Translations under genes and position numbers: made by a program
DNA from: Macrostomum lignano
Lineage: Eukaryota
Length of the DNA: 64,000 nt
Assembly (NCBI GenBank): GCA_002269645.1
Contig: NIVC01000286.1
Coordinates: forward strand, 1 to 64,000
Direction: 5' to 3'
In this document: positions 34,701 through 47,394 of the stretch, in pieces
How positions within the stretch are numbered: position 1 is the stretch's first letter
Layout: each line of letters begins with the position of its first letter
The notes under the pieces: model-generated
The model's input: only the letters and a program-made list of their open reading frames with translations
What the model was told of the DNA's origin: nothing
Database searches by the model: none

Positions 34701-37700
34701 TTGTATTTTTGTTATTCTTTGTTTCATAATGATAGTGTTGCATGTAGCATATTCTATGTGACTATGTATAGTCACTTTATTTGATCCTAATCCTAACATG
34801 TACATAGGTATGTCATAAATATAAGTTGATATTATTTGTAGCTTTTTATTATTTTTTTATTAACACTATTATTATTATAGTATTATTATATATACTAATA
34901 TTATCCATGCAGTATTTGTTATGTTAAATGCAGGTTACGTGTATGTGTTAAAAATAACACGCACAAGTTGCTGTGCAAATAGCAATTTTTTTGGTTCTTT
35001 GACTCTCGAATATTGTCGCAAATACAATATATACAACAATATTGATCATAGTCATAGAAACTTGTTTTCCAAGCAGATTAAATTGATTGATCGTCTTTGA
35101 AAATAACATATTAAAAATCAATAGCTATGTACAGCTCTAAAAATATAACTGCAACAATTATCTCTACCTATAAAAATCAAAACTCTGTGTGTGTGTATGT
35201 GTGTACAAATTACTTCGCTATGGACTCCCAAACCGCTCTATCAATTCACACCAAATTTTGCACCCACCCTAAATTCCCTATGGAAAGTGTCATAGGCTAC
35301 CTTAAAATTTCCTAAATTTGAGTCTTCCCATCTAAAAGTGCAAAAAACTGCTCAAAATGCGCGATTTTTTTCACTAAATTCTCCATAGCGCCGCTCCACT
35401 TCTACCGATTCTCTTCAAATTTGACACAGACAATCTTGAACTATTTTGACACAATCGTGTAAAATTTTGATTCTCAAAGTTAATCCTGAATGGCGCTGTG
35501 CACTTTTAAAGTTAGGCTGTTTTTTTCAGCGAGGCAGCCACCCCAACCTCCACCCGCCTGCCTTTCTTTCCTGATCCTGATCTGGGCCCAGATGTATAAA
35601 AGTGGTTTCAAAATTGACTAACTTTTGGCTGCCATAAGTTTGCTCCACGTGAAGCCATTAACTTGAAACTTGACACAATTCTTCTTTGACTCATTCTTTG
35701 TCTAAATGTAAAGTCTCAACTCTGTATCTCAATCAGAACAGAAACTGTAGGCATGTGAAGTCTGTCTGCTTTTTCTGTTGTTTGCCGCTCATCCAACTCA
35801 TTCCCCCAGACAAAGGATCAGGCGATAGGGCTCAATGTACATAGCGAATGTACAGTGTTTTGGAATAACTTTTTAATAGCCTTCTCTGTACCCCCGTGAG
35901 TGGAGAGGCGTGGAGAGGAGAGAGTTTAGCAAGAGATTCAAACCACTGTCCTCTGTATAGACAAGTCGCAGCAGTTAAACAAGGATGGCAAATCAAGGCG
36001 ATGTGGGATGGTTTATAAAAATAGCGAAAAATTAATGAATCACTGATTACAATGCAATCCTATTATCCTACTAAATTAGTTACACCACGAAAATTTTAAC
36101 ATTAAGATTTGCATAAGGTACTTTAAAATTTAAATGGCCTGCTAAGAAATGCATATTTCCTTGGTTGATAGACTGCTGCAGACTGTGGTGGTGGAGCTGG
36201 AGAATGGAGATACACAAATTCCTCTCAGGGCTGCTAATTGGCCAGAAAGTTTACGTGATTAAAGCATGAGAAATGATAATAACCATGATAGTACTACGTC
36301 CCATAATAGTACTTTCAAAGCAGGGATCGGCAGATTTTTATCTCAAAGGCCAGATGAAGAATCCAGCTCAGGGCTGTGGGCCAGATGAGAATGAAAAGGA
36401 AAAGGAATAGACTATTAGAGAGGGAGGAGGGGCGAGATGGGGATAAGAAAAAAAATAGAAGATAACAGGAGAGACAAGGGGGTTGAGGAGAGAGCAGAGA
36501 ATATGGGACGAAGAAGCGAGAGAAGGGGAGAGAGAAGGGAGAGGAAATAGTAGAGGTGAGAAGATGGAGAGAGAAGAGGGGAGAGATGAGACAGGATCGA
36601 TCAAAGAGGAGAGTAGAGAAGAGTGAGAAGAGATGAGAGAATAGAGAGGTAGATGAGAGAGGATCGAGAGGAGAGATTTGAAAGGATAGAGAAGAGAGGA
36701 GATAAGAGGGGGAGAGAGGGGGAGAGAGGAGTGAGAAGAAGAGATAAGAGATAAAAGATAAGAGAGAGAGAGAGAGTAAGAAGAGTTGAGAGTTGAGAAA
36801 GAAGAGAGGAGAAAGGACTCATTCTCTTGAAAGATCTTTTGATAGAAATCTCTTGAAAAATCTCTTGATAGAGTAAAGGGAAGAGGAGGAGAGAGGAAAA
36901 AGATGAGATTGTAGAGATGAGACAGATAAAAGGAGAGATGAGAGAGTAAAGATGAGAGATTAAAGAGGTGAAAGGAGAGTGCAGAGAGACGAGAGAGAAG
37001 AGAGGTGAGGGAATAGACGAGAGATGAGGGGAGAGAAAAAACAAGAAAAGAGATGAGAAGAAAGAGATCGAGGAAAGAGTAGAGAGAAGGAAAAGACGAG
37101 AGAAAAGGGGGAGAGAGGAGAGGAGAAAGAAGAAAGGAGAGACGAGGGATGAGAGAGAAGAGAGGAAACAGAGAGAAAATACAAGTTGCAATCAATCCAA
37201 GGTACGTAGCGAGAGTCAGAGGCAGAGGCCAGAGTTTGCCAATATATGTTTTAGAGTCAAACAGACATTGCCCGACATTCTGCGCAGCACATACCCCAGC
37301 CAACAATATCAAATGTTTGCCTCAAATTCTAATTTTACACGAATATACTCCATTTTATGTTTACTCTATCCTACTAACCATTAACAAGTTTTTGTTTGAG
37401 TATGGCCTCAGATCTCAGAGCACATGCACAAATATTTCCTGGAATCAGAACTCCCCGGGTTCAAAATCCACGGGTTTCAATAGCTTATAGTTTATATAAT
37501 TGTTATTTAATTATTTAAGTATTAATAGGTAATAATAAAGAGCTAAAAATAATAGCTCAACTAATCTATATATATGCTGATATACGTTGATTTAATAGGG
37601 CCTATCTGTCGCCGGATTGTCTGTCGCCATATTGACTGTTGCCAGATTGTCTGTCGCTGGATTGTCTTGTCGCCAGATTGACTGGACTGGATACCATCTG

Positions 37701-38009
37701 GACTATGGCCAAAACGACTTGTCACAAAAATGACCTGCACCCAGCTGTCTGACTTTTAAAACTTTATTATTTATTAAATAGGCCCTATTTCTAATTTGGT
37801 TCTGAATTCAGTTTTATCAATAAGTTCAATAACTAAGCCCTGCCCTAGTAAAAGCATAAAAAAGAAAAAGAAACTCGCTTATAAAGCTTTTATCCACATT
37901 CTCATGTGTAAGAGACCACTTACAGATGTAACTCGTTGTCAGAGTCATCAAAATCGTCAACTGTCGTCTTAAATAATGCGATAGCTGATTCGACTTCACT
38001 TTGTGACAT
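31720..38009 (-). CDS. ZC3HC1: ZC3HC1/NIPA-like C3HC zinc-finger protein, 6 exons, about 410 aa
   Basis: Exons 38009-37924 (tentative first exon), 33565-33475, 33404-33260, 33186-33103, 32997-32876, 32424-31720; phases consistent. Motifs RLKTFS, KPIELSPLVCAQYGW, CVTC, HDNLCPW, LAITGW, CQFCLRRLGVW, HWLWCPW match the zf-C3HC/Rsm1 architecture. Confidence 0.85.
32495..32755. repeat. 21-bp polypyrimidine minisatellite
   Basis: CTCTCCTCTCCTTTCTTCCCT units within a ZC3HC1-like intron. Confidence 0.92.
35161..37490 (+). mobile_element. Possible non-autonomous Helitron-like element in ZC3HC1-like intron 1
   Basis: Begins A|TCTCTACCTATAAAAAT, then a (TG)n tract and CCAAACCGCTCTATCAATTCACACCAAATTTTGCAC, like invertebrate non-autonomous Helitron 5' ends. 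The 3' end is uncertain (GC-rich motif near 37452-37490, no exact CTAG). Confidence 0.35.
36410..37180. repeat. GA-rich low-complexity tract
   Basis: Purine-rich degenerate sequence; explains ORFs 36368-37312. Confidence 0.9.
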
Positions 38010-39693
38010 TGCTCAATCAGGCGTATCTTATCTAGATCTAGATCAATTATTTATTAGGATGTAGTTAATATTCCCTGAGTTGCATCAAAGAAACGATACA
38101 TATATTAATACCTAAGTACACAATACAACTGAAGTCTGAATAACCCTTAACAAAATGAATTCAGTTCGTTAGTTCGTTCAATTTTTCTAATTCAGTTGAA
38201 CAATCCATCCATCCAGTCGAGTCGAAGCACGAGGGTAAATCTCAGATTGAAATGTACGTAAGTTATAAACAAATTTTTTCTTACATCAGGAATTTCATTG
38301 TTAAATTAGAAGCAATTGTACATGAATTTAACTTTAGTTCATAAAAAACTGATTAAAAAATATTTTTTTAAACTTTTAGTCAAAGTTTATGTTTTTTTGT
38401 GGCGATAGCGACCAAAAACGTATTTTTCTGACTTGTATCTTAAGTACGTTTTTTTGTTTCATAATGTTTTTTTGTGCACGTGTAATATATTTGTCTATGG
38501 GAAAATGACTGAAAATATTGGGGAAAACCTTCATCTGTGAGCTTGTGGATGTTTTACCGCTGTGTTTTCAATATTTATGAACTTATTTGGCCCTGTCTCG
38601 ATTGCATGATATTTGTCTACTGTTAAAAAGTTCCTGTAAGGTGTAAGTTTTCTGATAAACAATGCCAACCATTATGATCTTCAGTGATTCATTCTTTCAG
38701 ATACATTTTAAATATTGTTATTCCATTTTATCTGCGACTGTCAATGCACTGTTACTTACTTATGCCTATTGATGTTACATTTAGACTTTTTTCATAAGCA
38801 CAAAATTTCCTGTAAGGTGTAAGTTTACTCAGCTCATAAGCATGTAAATGTTCCCAAATCTTCTAATTATGTAGAAAAATACTAAACAAAGAGTAGTTTT
38901 TCATTGCATGTTCTTGTGATTTTACTAAAGAAGTATAGACTTTATTAAGTTCATTATATTGGGTTTTAACCATTTATAGCCAAGTAGCATACTTAAGTAA
39001 GCAGTTTTGTTTATGTTTGTGTGAAAATCTGTGATGATTCACTTCTAATGATATTCACTTTTGATCTTATGAGTATATCTTGAGCTCTAACGCTCAGTAA
39101 TCCACAGAAAAATTCTAATTTATTCCTGCCAATCTATTTAGTATGTTCCTCTAATATCACCATATTTGAATGCTGTTTTGGCTAGCATAAGCAAAGGACA
39201 ATAGGTACGGCAGGAACCCTTAGAAATAGATCATATGCTTAGGTCAAAGTAAAAAGAATGCTGGTATTGTATATTTTAATTGTATTTAATGACCCCTTAG
39301 AAAGCCTTTTTAATTAAGAAGCATATCTAATGCTAGATCCGAAGGAGCAGCGTAATTCATTGTACGAGTATGTTAAGTTCATTACAAGTAACACTAGCAT
39401 AGTCTATCTACTTCTATTTGTATTTATTTCTATATGTAGCAGTATATGTTTACCTTGCAATCTGAATGCCATATATATTATTCTATTTAGTCATTTTCAA
39501 TTAAACTCTGCTATCTCGGTGTTTACATGCAAAAATAGAAAGTGAGAGTCTATATGCCTTTTTGTAAATTTTGGCAATTTTTAATGTTGACATTCTTAAA
39601 ATTACTACACTTATTTTCTTTAAATTGATACCAGATACCATGAAGATGATTACAACTCATTCTCATATGGTTTCTGAGATACACAAATTGACT

Positions 39694-40466
39694 TCAAAAT
39701 TCAGCTACTGCAGCACCTGCTCTTTGAGCTGAGCTGTAAATGTCATTCAACATACACAACCAATTTTGACAACTCGTTGCTTTCTCGTCGATAGCGTCGA
39801 GAAAGTTGTTGGGCAACGATGACTTGTTGCCAGCTTCCTGACTCTCATCGAGATGATGCGGCACCCATCGAACAGTGACGTACTGCAGCCACAGGTCCTC
39901 TATGCATTTGAGAGTTTGGTGGATGGTGGATGAAGGAACTTTACTGAGTTCCGCCATTTCTTTGCATGTCCATCGCAGATCGATTTCCAGCAGACCACGG
40001 ATGAGTTTGATGCTGCTCTCGGTCCGCACTTTCCGGGGTCTCCCAGATCTTGGCTCATTCAGAGTCGATCGAAGTGCAGCCACTCTTGAAGCGATCATAC
40101 CTCTTGTACACATCGCGCTGGCAAAGTTCATCCTTGCTGTACGCGTCTACAAGCTGTAGGTGACTTGTGCAGCTGGCATTCCTCGCAGCCATTCAGATTT
40201 AATTTACCACCGCTGCTCTTCCTGCGGTTCATCTCCCATAACCGCGACGTCGACCGAAGAGGGAAAGCAATGGTGATGACAATCGCGGTGGGGTTATAAT
40301 AATACGAGCTAAGAAAGGAGAAAGGTGCAAATACGAGCTAGATAGCTCAAGTGCGCAGGAAACGACTGCTGCTGGTCGCAGGACAGCTGTGGTAACAGCT
40401 GCAGCCACTAGAGCGATGTCTGTGGTAGAAATGGATCGATTGCACGAACTTTTGAGACGCCCCTTG
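39694..40466 (-). mobile_element. Degenerate, 3'-truncated mariner element
   Basis: One TIR (CAAGGGGCGTCTCAAAAGTTCGTGC, 40442-40466) next to TA. Broken N-terminal transposase with EPRSGRP and RWVPHHL (WVPHEL-like) motifs; catalytic domain and second TIR absent. Confidence 0.8.
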
Positions 40467-43305
40467 TAATTTTTTGTACCCAGCTGATACTTAAGGTTCT
40501 GGGTTTTCCCACGGGGATAGAGTAGTCAAGTGGTTACTTTACTTTATACTACTGATGGGAGGCACGTACAGGAGCCGCGAAAAGGGACAGGACAAAACAT
40601 ATATATATATATATGTTTTAGTTCCCAGTTTTGCTTTAGTATTGCTTTGCCATTTCCATTTTTCCTATAGTTTTCAGTGCCATATCTGCTTTGCATAGTA
40701 TTTTCCAATCTGCAAGTTTTTCCGTTTTTCTTTTTTTGCCAGCATCATTTTGGCTCGTTTTTTACTGTTTTACATTTTCCCAGTGCCAGTAGCTGTACGC
40801 TTTTCATTGATTTTTTATGGTCTGCACTTCCTAAGTCCAGTGCAGTTCAAGTATCTGTTTCGGTCTGTTTTTGCTTGCGTATTTAAAAGTAGAAATTAAA
40901 TGGGGAATATACAATAATTCTACAGACAATATATTTGATCGGTGATGGGAACCTTAATCAAAAGTTCAAAAGGAAAATTTATAAGAATTTTCAAGTTCTA
41001 GCTTTTTAGAAACATACTAGAATGAGAGACTGAGAGAATACTTCGAGTTCTTTACTTCTTTGGCAAGAAATTAAAGGAAAGTATAGTTAATTTTGTGGTA
41101 TGGTTTGGAATTTGATAATTGAAAAAGATGATTCAGTTGAAGTAAAGAGGCAAACGTGTAATTTGAAAAAACTCAATGCCTTTACCTAATTAAAATATGT
41201 TCTGAATGAACACTCTAGATACATATATCGATGTCAAATATTACAATTTCAATTTGCAGGTTTCGATCACCATATTAAATTTCAGTAAAGATAAATAACC
41301 CAGTTGAAATCGTTTCTTTGTCATCAATAATAAATTCCGTCCGTTATCAGTCCGTCAACGGTATGTGTTTTCGATATATATTAAAAAATGGTTTAAGTAC
41401 CGTGCATTCCGTTTATATTATAAATCAGGCAGATTCATAGCACGTTAAATTTAGTAACTATAAACAGTTTCAATTTATAACAAAATGTTAATCAAAAACA
41501 AAAAAGATTTTAATGAATACTACTAACCAGTAAAAAGATAACTCTAACAAAACAAAAATTACAATTTTGTGAGTTAAATAAACAAACTGTTTGTCTTCGG
41601 TATTAATCGTTGTCAAAATACTCTTCGAAAAAACAAACAGCATACTTTCTTGAAATTCAGGGTTACTTGTGGTTTTAAGTAGAAAAATTATTATATTATT
41701 CTTTTATCTTTAGATGTAAAGCATTATTTTCCATGCCACTGAACTTTTATTTTTTGTCAATTTTTTTACTTCTGTGTTTGAGATTTACCCACGACGCTGT
41801 CGCTGCTCGTATATTTTAAAAACAGTTTCACAGAAAAACTGAGATTAACAAATCTTGCATTTTGTTTTTTGTAAACTTGTAGTTAAATACCAGATTAAAC
41901 TCGATAAAGCATAGCCTTTATAAAATCAAATAGTCAATAATTTTTTTAATATAAAAACGTCAAAAATAGGACATCGGTCGGTGTCCCATCGATGGATGCA
42001 TGTCATGCAGGGACTTCGTTCGGTTTTGATGGAAGATAATTGTAGAGGACTGTAGAGGTTAAAAGGTAGGTAGAACGTTTTATACAGGAAGTAAAAATGA
42101 AAACTGTTAGAATTCGCTTCCCTGATCAGTAGGTCTTCGAACAATTGCAATTTTAATGGAGTTTATTTTTATGTCGAATTCCCTAGCGTCTAGCCGCCCA
42201 GGTGGCTAGGCCTAGGCCTACTACTAGACTAGTGGCTTAGGCCTAGCGAGTTTAATACTATTAGTAAAAGGCCTAGTCATAGTTTTACTTGCAAAACTTC
42301 AATAGGCAATGTTCTAGTTTCCCGCGATAAATTATTTTGACCCAAAATTTGAAACCAAACAAACAAGAACAATTCTTCAAAAGCAAGTGTCAGCCTTGCC
42401 CTTCCTTAGGGCAGGCCTAGGGCCTACAGTGGCTGCATTTCCGCGAGTGAGTTAGCTATTAGATGATAGGTCATGAGCCAATGCATAGTCAACTTAGCAT
42501 CAACTGTTAACAGCACCAGATCGTAGTGACTGATCTCAATGTCACAGAGGTTGCCCGATAGCCACAAATTGGCAGGAGCAGGAGGTATGATGAGCCTATT
42601 TACAAGCACTTGAGGTCATCTAGCCATGATTTATGCTGAAAATATGAAAATTAGGTCAAAATAATATAATGCAGGAAACAAGGACATTGCCCTTTAATAA
42701 ATAGGCCTACTTTAGACTTAGTTTTGAGAAAATTTATAGAAAAGACTATAGAATTAGTAAGCATAGGCCTAATTACAAAGAACTAAGTCTAAGTTTCTAC
42801 TCTAGTCTCTCTGAGTTTTACTCATTGCCTTTAGTAGGGCCTAGACCATACTTTGACCAGTTTTTGCATTTGAATTATCTCTAGAACTTGAAATACTAGG
42901 TAAGCCTATGCACTGTATGCAGGCCTATACCTTGGTATCTTGTGCACTTTATGTAGGCCCTAGGCCTAGCATATTACTCCTTAGAAAAAGAACTAGGCCT
43001 ATATTTCCACAGAAATCATTTGTACTCCATTGAAGAGAAGCTTAATATGTAGATAGAATTGTACATTCCCTTGCTGGGCTCTGTAGTTCACTGTTCAGTT
43101 CAGCGCATGATAAAGCCTACTAGCTCTCTAGCTGAGTCATTCTTAGTCCAAATCATTTATGAAAGAAAGAAAATATATTGACATAAATGTATAAATATTA
43201 GGCCCTATATATAAACTTAGGCAATCTTACAGTTTTTCGCTTTTAATTATTTTATAAAAAATTACAACACGCACAGCAGGAATAAGAAATGATGATAAAC
43301 TTATA

Positions 43306-44580
43306 CCGGGTGTTGCAAAAAAAACTTGACAAATCTGTTTACTAAAAACAAAGGCCCCCTAGAAAGGCAAGCATGATTAAAACCAAGTAAAAAGCTATTA
43401 AATATAAACATAAGCATGAGTAGCACATGTTCAGTCAATGTAGCCGCCGTTGGCCAAAACAACTCTCTCCAGGCGTGACCGGAAGCTGGAGCACACACTG
43501 ATTATGAAATTGGGCGGCATGTTCGTCCATTTCTCAGACACACTGGCTTTTAGCGCCTCAACGCTTGGATGTCGCATAGCGTAGGCCTCAGACTCTACAC
43601 GCGCCCAAATGGCGAAGTCCAGCGGGTTTAGGTCTGGTGACTGGGGTGGCCAAAACGATTTGTCCCAAAATGACATCTTCTGTGCCATCCAGCTCTGCAC
43701 GGTGATAGCCGTGTGTGCAGGTGCTCCGTCCTGCTGGAACACATAAGGCTTCCCCTTAGTGACTCGAGTGATCCATGGGAGCACTTTCTTCTGTAGAACT
43801 GCCTTGTAGTCAGCCGCATTTAGGGGATACCCTTGCGAGAACCAAACAGGAGGCATGACGTCACCGCTGGAGGCTACGACGCCGAGCATCATCACGGAGG
43901 CCGGATGCTTGGTGGTGGAAACATACCGGCGGGCTCGATCCTCCTTGCTGAAGCTGACAAATCGATCATTTTGCCGGTTGAACATGGGATCGATGCTGAA
44001 TGTCTTCTCATCCGAGAAAATCAGAATGCGACCGCCAAAGCTTTTCAAGTTGTTAAGCAACTTCTTGGACCGCTCCAATCGTATCTGCTGCTGCTGATCT
44101 GACAGCAGTGGCCGCTCAACTTGGCGAAGGGAAGTGCCTCCAGCACTCTTGACAGCTCTAGAGACAGTTGATTTGCTAACACCTGCCGCCTTGGCCACCT
44201 CGGACATTTTGGCCATTGGGTTGTCCGTGAAAATCTGCCTGACTTCGGCCAAGTCGAGTTTTGGAGGCCTGCCCAATCCTGGCTGTCTTTCGAGCCCTTT
44301 GCCATTATCCAGTCGCCTTTTGATGTCATAGACTGCCTGCCGGCTGATACCAATGCTTTTGGCAATCTGCGCCACAGGCATGCCCGCGTCCAGTAAGGTC
44401 AACACTCTGTGCCTTCTTGCTTCCATTTCAGACTGTGCAGATGCAATTGGCTTCGCTGTAAGAGCAAATGAATGCTTAGAAAGAGCGCTTCGAAATGACT
44501 ATAAAATATCTGGTATTGATGCTATATAGGCCTATTTATATAGGGAATTAGAAGTGTCAAGTTTTTTTTGCAACACCTGG
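43306..44580 (-). mobile_element. Intact maT-like Tc1/mariner transposon (DD36D), 1275 bp
   Basis: 26-bp TIRs CC(G/A)GGTGTTGCAAAAAAAACTTGACA at 43306-43331 and 44555-44580 (1 mismatch); TA on both sides (43304-43305, 44581-44582); uninterrupted 331-aa transposase. Confidence 0.95.
43431..44426 (-). CDS. Tc1/mariner transposase, maT-like, 331 aa
   Basis: N-terminal HTH region, then FSDEK, FQQDGAPAH and WPPQSPDLNPLD motifs. I count 36 residues between the second and third acidic residues. Confidence 0.95.
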   Translation of the reverse strand: MEARRHRVLTLLDAGMPVAQIAKSIGISRQAVYDIKRRLDNGKGLERQPGLGRPPKLDLAEVRQIFTDNPMAKMSEVAKAAGVSKSTVSRAVKSAGGTSLRQVERPLLSDQQQQIRLERSKKLLNNLKSFGGRILIFSDEKTFSIDPMFNRQNDRFVSFSKEDRARRYVSTTKHPASVMMLGVVASSGDVMPPVWFSQGYPLNAADYKAVLQKKVLPWITRVTKGKPYVFQQDGAPAHTAITVQSWMAQKMSFWDKSFWPPQSPDLNPLDFAIWARVESEAYAMRHPSVEALKASVSEKWTNMPPNFIISVCSSFRSRLERVVLANGGYID

Positions 44581-44610
44581 TATAATAGTCACTCATGATA
44601 GTCACAACAG

Positions 44611-44882
44611 TTAACATGGATAATAATGGCGTATCCAATACAACATGTTCCCGAATTGACACTCTTGAAACAGCCGGCGCCATAAAAACTCTTGGAGGTA
44701 CGTCTCGAACAGGCCATCTGCAGTACCATGCATCGCCTGGTACTTGGCCTTGCAGTTGGCCCATGCACCCTCAATGGTGTTTGTATGGATGGTAGGATCA
44801 TTGGGGTCAAAAAAACTGGATAGAGTGATTAATGGTCACATGATTGGCCAGTTGATTATAGGTGGCCCACTGGTCAATGATC
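44611..44882 (-). pseudogene. Merlin/IS1595-family transposase C-terminal remnant
   Basis: Translates IIDQWATYNQLANHVTINHSIQ, then a frameshift in a T7 run, then FFDPNDPTIHTNTIEGAWANCKAKYQAMHGT...YLQEFLWRR. The NHS...DP...HTNTIE...W and YL.EF.WR motifs are typical of this family. Missed by the ORF track. Confidence 0.85.
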
Positions 44883-46959
44883 ACTCGGAAAAGCCGAAAA
44901 ATAATTAAAAGCGGAAAACTGTAGGATCGCCTAAACTTATATATAAGTGTTCATATAAATAAATAATATATAGGGCCTATATAGGGCTATTATAAATATA
45001 TAAGGTGATCTATATCACTTGGATCTTAATCTTAATTTTGATATCTCAAAAAAGTCAAGATTTGTTACTTTAGGCCCTATGATTATTGATAATTTAATTT
45101 TATTATCATACACACACAGGCCTATTTATATTTGATAAGGCCTATATATATTAAGTAGAGATGGTATTAATATCAGATTTTACTGAATCCGAATACTAAA
45201 TCTTTAGATACAAACTTGCCAAATAATGAATACTGAATACCAAATGAGAAATGTGACTTTGATTAGATTGGTTGATAGTTCGACACAAAGCAGTCAATGA
45301 TGCAAAACTTTCGCATCTCTTTCTTGCATCTATTAGACTAAGTGCCAAGCTCAATAGGCTAAGTTTTAACTATAGTTTCCTAGCACCAATGTGCATTAGC
45401 ACAAAATAGTCTTGTGCTAATAGTCTTAAATAAGAATAACTTGCACGTTGGAAGAAGACTATGCCTATACAGTGCTTAATTATATGTATTCTTGCATACA
45501 TTATTCATACCTGTATAAAATCTGCTAAGCTTTGAGAATACTAGCTTGTATAAATCTTTCCCACACTTCACACTTTGGCACAACAATGATGCAATAGCAA
45601 AAGCTATCAAATCAGACAAATCTTGCTAGCCAAGCAGATAAGCATGAAAGTGGGGGTAGGGAAGCAAGCAGACATGAAAGCAAAGGTACCATAATGCATT
45701 GCATATAGATAGCAAACCAAGTGTTATCATATCTAAGCTTTGAACTATGATAAAAATATTGCTTCCCATACAAACTTGCGCATTTAAAATTTTGCACTTG
45801 CTCTTATTCTATTCTAAGAACAAATCTAAGAACAAAATGAATAGCAAAAATAACCTACTTTCCGAATACCAAATAAAAATACCAAATATTTGTTTTATCT
45901 CTAATATTAAGTTATTAAAAAGCTCAATATTTTATAATACTTATTTGTTTATTACATCTATCATCATCATTATAGGCCTACACATTTAATAAATAATACT
46001 ATTAGCACTGATAGATAAAATATATGTAAATAGTCCTAGGCTTACTAAATGCTAATTAGACTTAATCTTGAATTTAAATCAAATCTTGATTATCTCAAAA
46101 GCATAGAATCCATAGATCTTGAATCTAAAAAATCTTGAAAATGTGATATTGTCCAACCCCTATTTATGTTAAACCCCTTTGAAATAATCATTAAAAACCT
46201 TTCGTGAATTGTGCTATCAAATCAATGATCAATTAAGATCATTTTATTTCTAGAAAATATGAAAATTTCTCTAACTTTTTATAAATAATAAATGTTACAT
46301 TTTCTAAAGTAGGAAAATTTTTTTATAAAAGCCAAGGTGCTTTTAAACAAAATACAATTTAGAATTTAAAAATATTAGCAAGATATTATATCTTTAAGGC
46401 CTAACATAAGTTTTTTAATAAGCATTGCAAAGAAATTTTTAAGGAAAAAAGAATTCATTCTTATCCTTACTTAAAGCCTCTTACACTAGGCTATTATATG
46501 TATATAGTCAGATAAGCAGGTAGATTGTTAAATTTGCCTATTATAAAATTGTAAATATTATCAAGTATTTGTAGCAAAATGTCCATTTAGAGCATTGAGT
46601 TTAGTAATAGTATTACACCTAGCTAAGAAAATGCTAATCTTTGCAATATAATTATTTAATGGATTATAAATAAGAATTGGAGTCTAATCATGAAGTTGCA
46701 AAACTATAAGCATGGTATCAATGTAACAATAAATAATGTTAGACTGCCATTGAAACTTAGCTATTATATTTATTTACCATAGGGATTCATCTATTAGGTG
46801 TGGGAGTGGCTTGATAGTCAAGAAATGAAAAATGAGATACTACTAAGTTTTTAATTTATTTTTAATTTAAAATTCATTCATCTCTTTAACTGAATAATTA
46901 TAATCGAGCCAGCAGTTCGTTTCAATAATAAAATCAACAAATAGTTTCAGCGATCCAAG

Positions 46960-47394
46960 ATGACCAGCAGTAGCAATAATAATAACAGTAACCATAGCAA
47001 CAAGATCAAAGTCGCCGACAAAACTGCGGACGCTTATCGACGCCGACGCGATCGTAACAACGAAGCAGCCAGAGCGTCGCGTCAGAATCGGAAGGAGCGG
47101 CACGAAGCGCTGCGGTTGGCGTGCGCGCATTTGAGCACAGCCGTGGCTCCCATTGTCAGGCTGAGACGCCTGCAGGCCGAGGCTGAGGTGCGCAGCCTGT
47201 GCTCGGCTGCCGGCCAGAGCTACGAGGCTTTGCTAACCTCTGCTGCTCAGCAGATCGGCTTGCCAGCTAATTTTCTCAACTCAGTGCTGGCTGGAGTTCG
47301 TCGCCTACAGGAATCCACGATTTCGCCGCCAGTTGATGAGCAGCGTCAGCGGCCGGCGGGTGAATCGTCCGATGAAAATGAAAAGTGCCGTTAA
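46960..47394 (+). CDS. Atypical bZIP-type protein, paralog 1 (144 aa)
   Basis: Basic region YRRRRDRNNEAARASR (N-x7-R) as in PAR/C-EBP-type bZIPs. A phase-0 acceptor TTTCAG ends at 46950, so an upstream exon or trans-splice site is possible. Confidence 0.75.
   Translation: MTSSSNNNNSNHSNKIKVADKTADAYRRRRDRNNEAARASRQNRKERHEALRLACAHLSTAVAPIVRLRRLQAEAEVRSLCSAAGQSYEALLTSAAQQIGLPANFLNSVLAGVRRLQESTISPPVDEQRQRPAGESSDENEKCR

Larger units (their letters stand above)
43220..44931 (-). mobile_element. Internally deleted Merlin (IS1016/IS1595-like) DNA transposon interrupted by the maT-like element
   Basis: 34-bp TIRs beginning GGC(A/G)ATC(T/C)TACAG at 43220-43253 and 44898-44931 (31/34 identical). Perfect 8-bp TSD TAAACTTA at 43212-43219 and 44932-44939. 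Residual C-terminal transposase coding sequence at 44611-44882. Confidence 0.88.

Noticed and set aside
38200-41750. Divergent plus-strand spliced transcript or snoRNA host next to the ZC3HC1-like start
   Set aside because: Several donor- and acceptor-like sites, but no continuous frame and no paired C/D boxes at a plausible spacing.
41926-42609. Exon-like minus-strand segments (LIIPPAPANLWLSG...)
   Set aside because: One phase 2-2 open segment at about 42430-42597, but no recognisable product or convincing partner exons.
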